Source of the DNA: an uncultured Gemmatimonadales bacterium
GTDB taxonomy: Bacteria; Gemmatimonadota; Gemmatimonadetes; Gemmatimonadales; GWC2-71-9
DNA length: 64,000 nt
Reading direction: 5' to 3'
Assembly: GCA_963730185.1 (NCBI GenBank)
Contig: CAVSQW010000006.1
Location: forward strand, 32,001 to 96,000
Shown: positions 59,821 to 64,000 of the stretch, in pieces
How positions within the stretch are numbered: the first letter of the stretch is position 1
Layout of the letters: the number at the start of each line of letters is the position of its first letter
Program-made: the position numbers and the translations under genes
Notes under the pieces: model-generated
What the model was told of the DNA's origin: nothing
Database searches by the model: none
Seen by the model: only the letters and a program-made list of their open reading frames with translations

Positions 59821-62277
59821 TTGCCGAACCCGGACCAGGCACGACCGCACTTGAGCTCCAGCCCCGCCCGTCCCCGGCACCGACACCTCGGCCTCGCGCT
59901 CGGGGTGGCGGTGATCTATTGGGGGCTGGGGACGCTGGGCTACCTCTTCGTCATCCGCCCCTCCGGCGTGGCCCTCTGGCCGGCCGGTGGGTTCCTCCTC
60001 GGAGCTCTCCTCCTCCTCGATCCCGCGTGGTGGCCGGCCGCCCTGATCGGCGGCGTGCTCGGCAACTTCGCCGTCGACCTGCAGCACGGCCTCTCGGTCC
60101 CCTTCGCGCTGACCGCCGACCTGGCCAACGCCCTCGAGCCCCTGGTCGCCGCCACGCTTCTCCGGTGGGCGCTGCCGCGGCCGATCTCGGTCGGTACGCT
60201 GAAGGAGGTCGGCTGGCTGGTGCTCGGCGCCGCCGTCTTCAGCAACGCGCTGACCGCGCTGGGCGGCGCCGCGGCACTGAGCTCCTGGGGCCGCCACGAC
60301 TTCTGGCACGCTTGGCTGGTCTGGTGGATCGGCGACGGGATGGGGATCCTGGTCGTGACGCCGGTGGTGCTCTCGATCGCCGCGCTGGTCCGGGACCGGG
60401 AACCGATCCCCGGCCGCACCGTGCTGGAAGGCGTCGTCGTGCTGGCCGCCGTGGGGGTGATCGCGGCCCTGGTCCTCCGGCGGGACCCCGGCTCGCCTCG
60501 GCCGTTAGGCGGCTACCCTTATCTCGCCTTTCCGGCCCTGCTCTGGGCCGCGGTCCGGTTCGGCCCGCCCGGCGCCGCCCTCTCGACCCTGGTGCTCGGG
60601 TGCGTCGGGGTCTGGAATGCGGCCCATCCCCGCGGAGCGATGGCGGCCACCGGCCGGAGCCCGATCAGCGAAGCGCTCGAGATCTACTCGTTCCTGGGGC
60701 TGGCCGCGGTGTCGTCGCTGATGCCGGCCTCGATCCTGAACCAGCGGCGGCTCGATCAGCGCGAGCTGGAGGAGAGCGAACGCCGTTTCCGCCAGATGGC
60801 CGAGAAGATCCAGGAAGTGTTCTTCGTGGTCGACCTCGAGACCGAGACCCCGCTCTACGTCAGCCCCATCTGGGCCGAGATCTGGGGCCGGCCGCTGGCC
60901 GAGCGTTTCGATCCGGCCATCTGGCTCGAGGCCGTGCATCCGGGAGACCGCGAGACCGTGACGGAGGCGCAGCAGCGGGTGGCCCGGGGCGAGACCGACG
61001 TCTCGGTCTTTCGGATCATCCGGCCCGCCGGCGAGTTGCGCTGGATCCGCCGGCGAGCCTTTCCGGTCGCCGATGAGGAGGGCCGGATCTACCGGATGGT
61101 GGGTGTCTCCGAGGACATCACCGAGCTCCGCCACACCGAGATCCAGCTGGCCCACTCGCAGAAGATGGAATCGGTGGGCCGGCTCGCCGGCGGCGTCGCC
61201 CACGACTTCAACAACCTGCTCACCGTCATCCTGGCCGAGACCGACCTGTTGCTGGACGGCGACGGGGTCGATCCGCCCACCGAGAACGCCCTGCGCGACA
61301 TTCGGGGCGCGGCCGAGCGGGCCACGGTCCTGACCCGACAGCTGTTGGCCTTCTCCCGACGCCAGGTGGTCGAGCCGGTGGTGTTCGACCTGAACGAGCT
61401 GGTGCGCGATGCCGCGGCGCTGCTCCGACGACTGATCGGCGAGGACGTGGATCTGATCCTCAGGCCGTCCCCCGACCCGGCCCGGGTCCGCGCCGATCGA
61501 GGGCAGATCGAGCAGGTGATCACCAACCTGGCGATCAACGCCCGCGACGCGATGCCCGACGGCGGAACGCTCACCCTGGAGATCGACCGGACCACCCTGG
61601 ACAGCTCCTCTACCGCCGGCCGCCCGGGGATCGAGCCGGGACCGTACGTGGTGCTCTCGGTGACCGACACGGGTTCGGGAATGGCGGAGGAGGTGCAGGC
61701 CCGAATCTTCGAGCCGTTCTTCACCACCAAGGAGGGCAGCAAGGGCACCGGGCTCGGGCTCTCCACCAGCTACGGGATCGCGACCCAAGCCGGTGGGCAG
61801 CTCACCGTCTACAGCGAGCCCGGCCTGGGGAGCACCTTCCGCCTCTACCTGCCCCAGGCCGACGGGTCGGCCCGGTCCTCCCGCGCGGCCCTGGCCGCGA
61901 CTCTGCCCACCGGGACCGAGACGATCCTCCTGGTCGAGGACGAAGCCGCGGTCCGCCGGGTGGCCGCCCGGATGCTCCGGGGCAACGGCTATCGGGTCCT
62001 GGAGGCCGAAGATGCCGAGACAGCCAAGGAGATCCTGGCCGGGACCGACGGCCCGATCCACCTGCTCCTGTCCGACGTGATGTTGCCCGGACAGGGAGGT
62101 CGCGAGCTGGCCGAGGAGGTCCGCGCCGTCCGGCCCGAGATCCGGGTCCTGTTCGCCTCGGGATACACCGACGACGCCGTATTACGGCATCAGCTCCTGG
62201 CGCGGGGAGCTGACCTCCTCCAAAAGCCCTACAGCCGGGAGACCCTCGTCCGCCGGGTGCGGGCCGCGCTCGACTGA
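59821..62277 (+). CDS. Hybrid sensor histidine kinase (MASE1-PAS-HisKA-HATPase-REC); start uncertain
   Basis: ALWPAGG and WWIGDGMG (MASE1); VHPGDR PAS; AHDFNNLL; NLAINARDAM; EPFFTTK; GTGLGL; LVEDE, SDVMLP, LQKP. Confidence 0.93.
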   Translation: MPNPDQARPHLSSSPARPRHRHLGLALGVAVIYWGLGTLGYLFVIRPSGVALWPAGGFLLGALLLLDPAWWPAALIGGVLGNFAVDLQHGLSVPFALTADLANALEPLVAATLLRWALPRPISVGTLKEVGWLVLGAAVFSNALTALGGAAALSSWGRHDFWHAWLVWWIGDGMGILVVTPVVLSIAALVRDREPIPGRTVLEGVVVLAAVGVIAALVLRRDPGSPRPLGGYPYLAFPALLWAAVRFGPPGAALSTLVLGCVGVWNAAHPRGAMAATGRSPISEALEIYSFLGLAAVSSLMPASILNQRRLDQRELEESERRFRQMAEKIQEVFFVVDLETETPLYVSPIWAEIWGRPLAERFDPAIWLEAVHPGDRETVTEAQQRVARGETDVSVFRIIRPAGELRWIRRRAFPVADEEGRIYRMVGVSEDITELRHTEIQLAHSQKMESVGRLAGGVAHDFNNLLTVILAETDLLLDGDGVDPPTENALRDIRGAAERATVLTRQLLAFSRRQVVEPVVFDLNELVRDAAALLRRLIGEDVDLILRPSPDPARVRADRGQIEQVITNLAINARDAMPDGGTLTLEIDRTTLDSSSTAGRPGIEPGPYVVLSVTDTGSGMAEEVQARIFEPFFTTKEGSKGTGLGLSTSYGIATQAGGQLTVYSEPGLGSTFRLYLPQADGSARSSRAALAATLPTGTETILLVEDEAAVRRVAARMLRGNGYRVLEAEDAETAKEILAGTDGPIHLLLSDVMLPGQGGRELAEEVRAVRPEIRVLFASGYTDDAVLRHQLLARGADLLQKPYSRETLVRRVRAALD

Positions 62278-62302
62278 GGCGGCCACCGCGATCCACCGAC
62301 GC

Positions 62303-64000
62303 TCACCCGCCGGTCCGCACCACCTCCAGAAGATCCCCGCCGTACTTGGCCGCCTTGGCCGGCCCGATCCCGTAGACGCCCTCCAAGGCCGCCAGCGACT
62401 CCGGCCGGACCTGGGCCAGCTCGCGGAGGGTCCGGTCGCTCGCCACCACGTAAGGAGGTACCCCGCCGGAGCGAGCCAGCTCGAGCCGTCGGGCTCGGAG
62501 CCGCTCGAAGAGAGCAGCGTCGGCGGGGGCCAGGGTGTCGTCCGCCGGGGCCCGTCGCCGGGAGCCGCCCGACACTCTGGCGCTCCCCGACCGCCCCGAC
62601 GCCTCGGCCGGCAGCAGCAGGCGCACCGGGCCGCTGGCAAAGAGCACCGTCTTGCCGGCCGGGGTCAGGAGCACCATCGGCCGATCGCCGGTGGTGAAGT
62701 CCACCCACCCCGCGGTCACGCAGCGACGGATCAGGGCCACCAGCCAGTCCTCCCCCTTGCCCTGAAGCGCGCCAAAGGTCTTGCTCCGGTCCAGGCCGCT
62801 CCGCGCCAACCGCGGATCGGGGGTGCCGGCCAGGAGCTTGACCGCGGCCTGGAGCCCGAACCGCCCATGGGTCCGGGCCACCGCGCTGAGCGCCTTCCGG
62901 ACCGCGACCGCCGTGGTCTCGGCGTCGGCGGGGTCGGGCTCGTCGTCGAGCGCGGCGCAGGCGTCGCAGCGGCCGCAGCCCGCCAGCGTCTCCGCCTCGT
63001 CGCCGAAGTACCGGAGGATCGCGTCGTGGCGGCAAGAGCCGCCCTCGGTCCACCGCATCAGCTCTAAAAAGAGCTGCCACCGATGCTGCACCCGGGACGG
63101 ATCCGGCGGCTGGCCGTCCACCGGCAGCTCGAGCAGGCGCCGTCGAAGCGGCAGGTCCGAGGGGCTGGTGCAGAGGACGCCGAGGGCGGGTTCGCCATCC
63201 CGGCCGGCCCGGCCCACCTCCTGGTAGTAGGCCTCGATCGAGCCCGGGGGCGCGAGGTGGACGACCGCCCGAACGTCGGGGCGGTCGATTCCCATTCCGA
63301 AGGCGTTGGTGGCCACGATCAGCTCGAGCCCGCCGTCGCGAAACGCCTGCTGGGCCCGCTCCCGGCCCTCGCCCGAGAGCCCGGCGTGATACGGCGCCGC
63401 CCGCCAGCCGGCCCGGACCAACCGATCGCACTCCTGCTCGGTGATCTTCCGGGTGGGCGCGTAGACGATCGCCGTGCCGCGGGCCTGACCCGGCGCCCCG
63501 AGGGCCTCGCTGGAGCGTCTCGTCGACCACCCGACCGGAGCCGCTCAGGCCCCGGACCTCGCGCACCCGGAGCGCCAGGTTGGGCCGAGCGAAGCCCCGG
63601 ACGATCTGCGGGGTGTCGGCCGGGAGGCCGAGCCGGGCCAGGATCTCGTCGCGGACGATCGGGGTGGCGGTGGCCGTGCAGGCCAACACCCGCGCCTCCG
63701 GCAGATCGGTCACCAGCTCGCCGATCTGGAGATACTCGGGCCGGAAGTCGTGCCCCCATTCGGAAATGCAGTGGGCCTCGTCGACCGCCAGAAGGGGGCA
63801 GCCCAGGTCGCGCGCCAGGCCCCGAAAGCCGGGGAAGGCCAGCCGTTCGGGCGCCACGTAGGCCAGGCGGTACTCCCCCCGGGCCAGGCCGGCCATCCGG
63901 CGGCGGACTTCATCGCTGCTCAGCGTGGCCGCCAGAAACGTGGCCGGGACGCCCCGTTCGGTGAGGGCCGCTACCTGGTCGTGCATCAGCGACACCAGGG
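62303..64000 (-). CDS. recQ: RecQ family ATP-dependent DNA helicase (5' end outside window; frameshift ~63510)
   Basis: YVAPER, DEAHCISEWGHDFRP, TATAT, YHAG, ATNAFGMGID, YYQEVGRAGRDG, Zn motif CGRCDAC, HRDC domain. Confidence 0.92.

Overview
High-GC (roughly 70% by eye) bacterial chromosomal segment. Gene content (two Ser/Thr kinase-TolB-like-TPR paralogues, a duplicated orphan ABC permease, an LVIVD-type lipoprotein, several secreted serine hydrolases) suggests Gemmatimonadota; this is inference. About 50 CDS: secreted hydrolases, regulators, permeases, a hybrid histidine kinase and a partial RecQ. Many single-base frameshifts (densest at about 48.8-52.0 kb) look like long-read consensus errors, while three or four genes show larger internal losses. 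No rRNA, tRNA, CRISPR array, transposase or integrase was recognised. Best candidate for an undescribed system: a self-contained operon at 720-5715 encoding a VgrG-tip-like mini-spike, two tandem DUF2169 chaperones, a PAAR-like/TM protein, a 69-aa partner and a zinc-ribbon protein with two kinase-N-lobe-like repeats, with no vgrG or core T6SS genes in the window. Other highlights: an AraC/twin-cupredoxin/YceI locus with a shared 36-bp upstream motif, a ~140-nt structured element upstream of a stand-alone Clp N-domain gene, a 131-bp intergenic copy of the DUF885 motif region, a BNR-propeller/MoaD-like pair, a VOC dioxygenase-esterase fusion and two REP-like hairpin elements.
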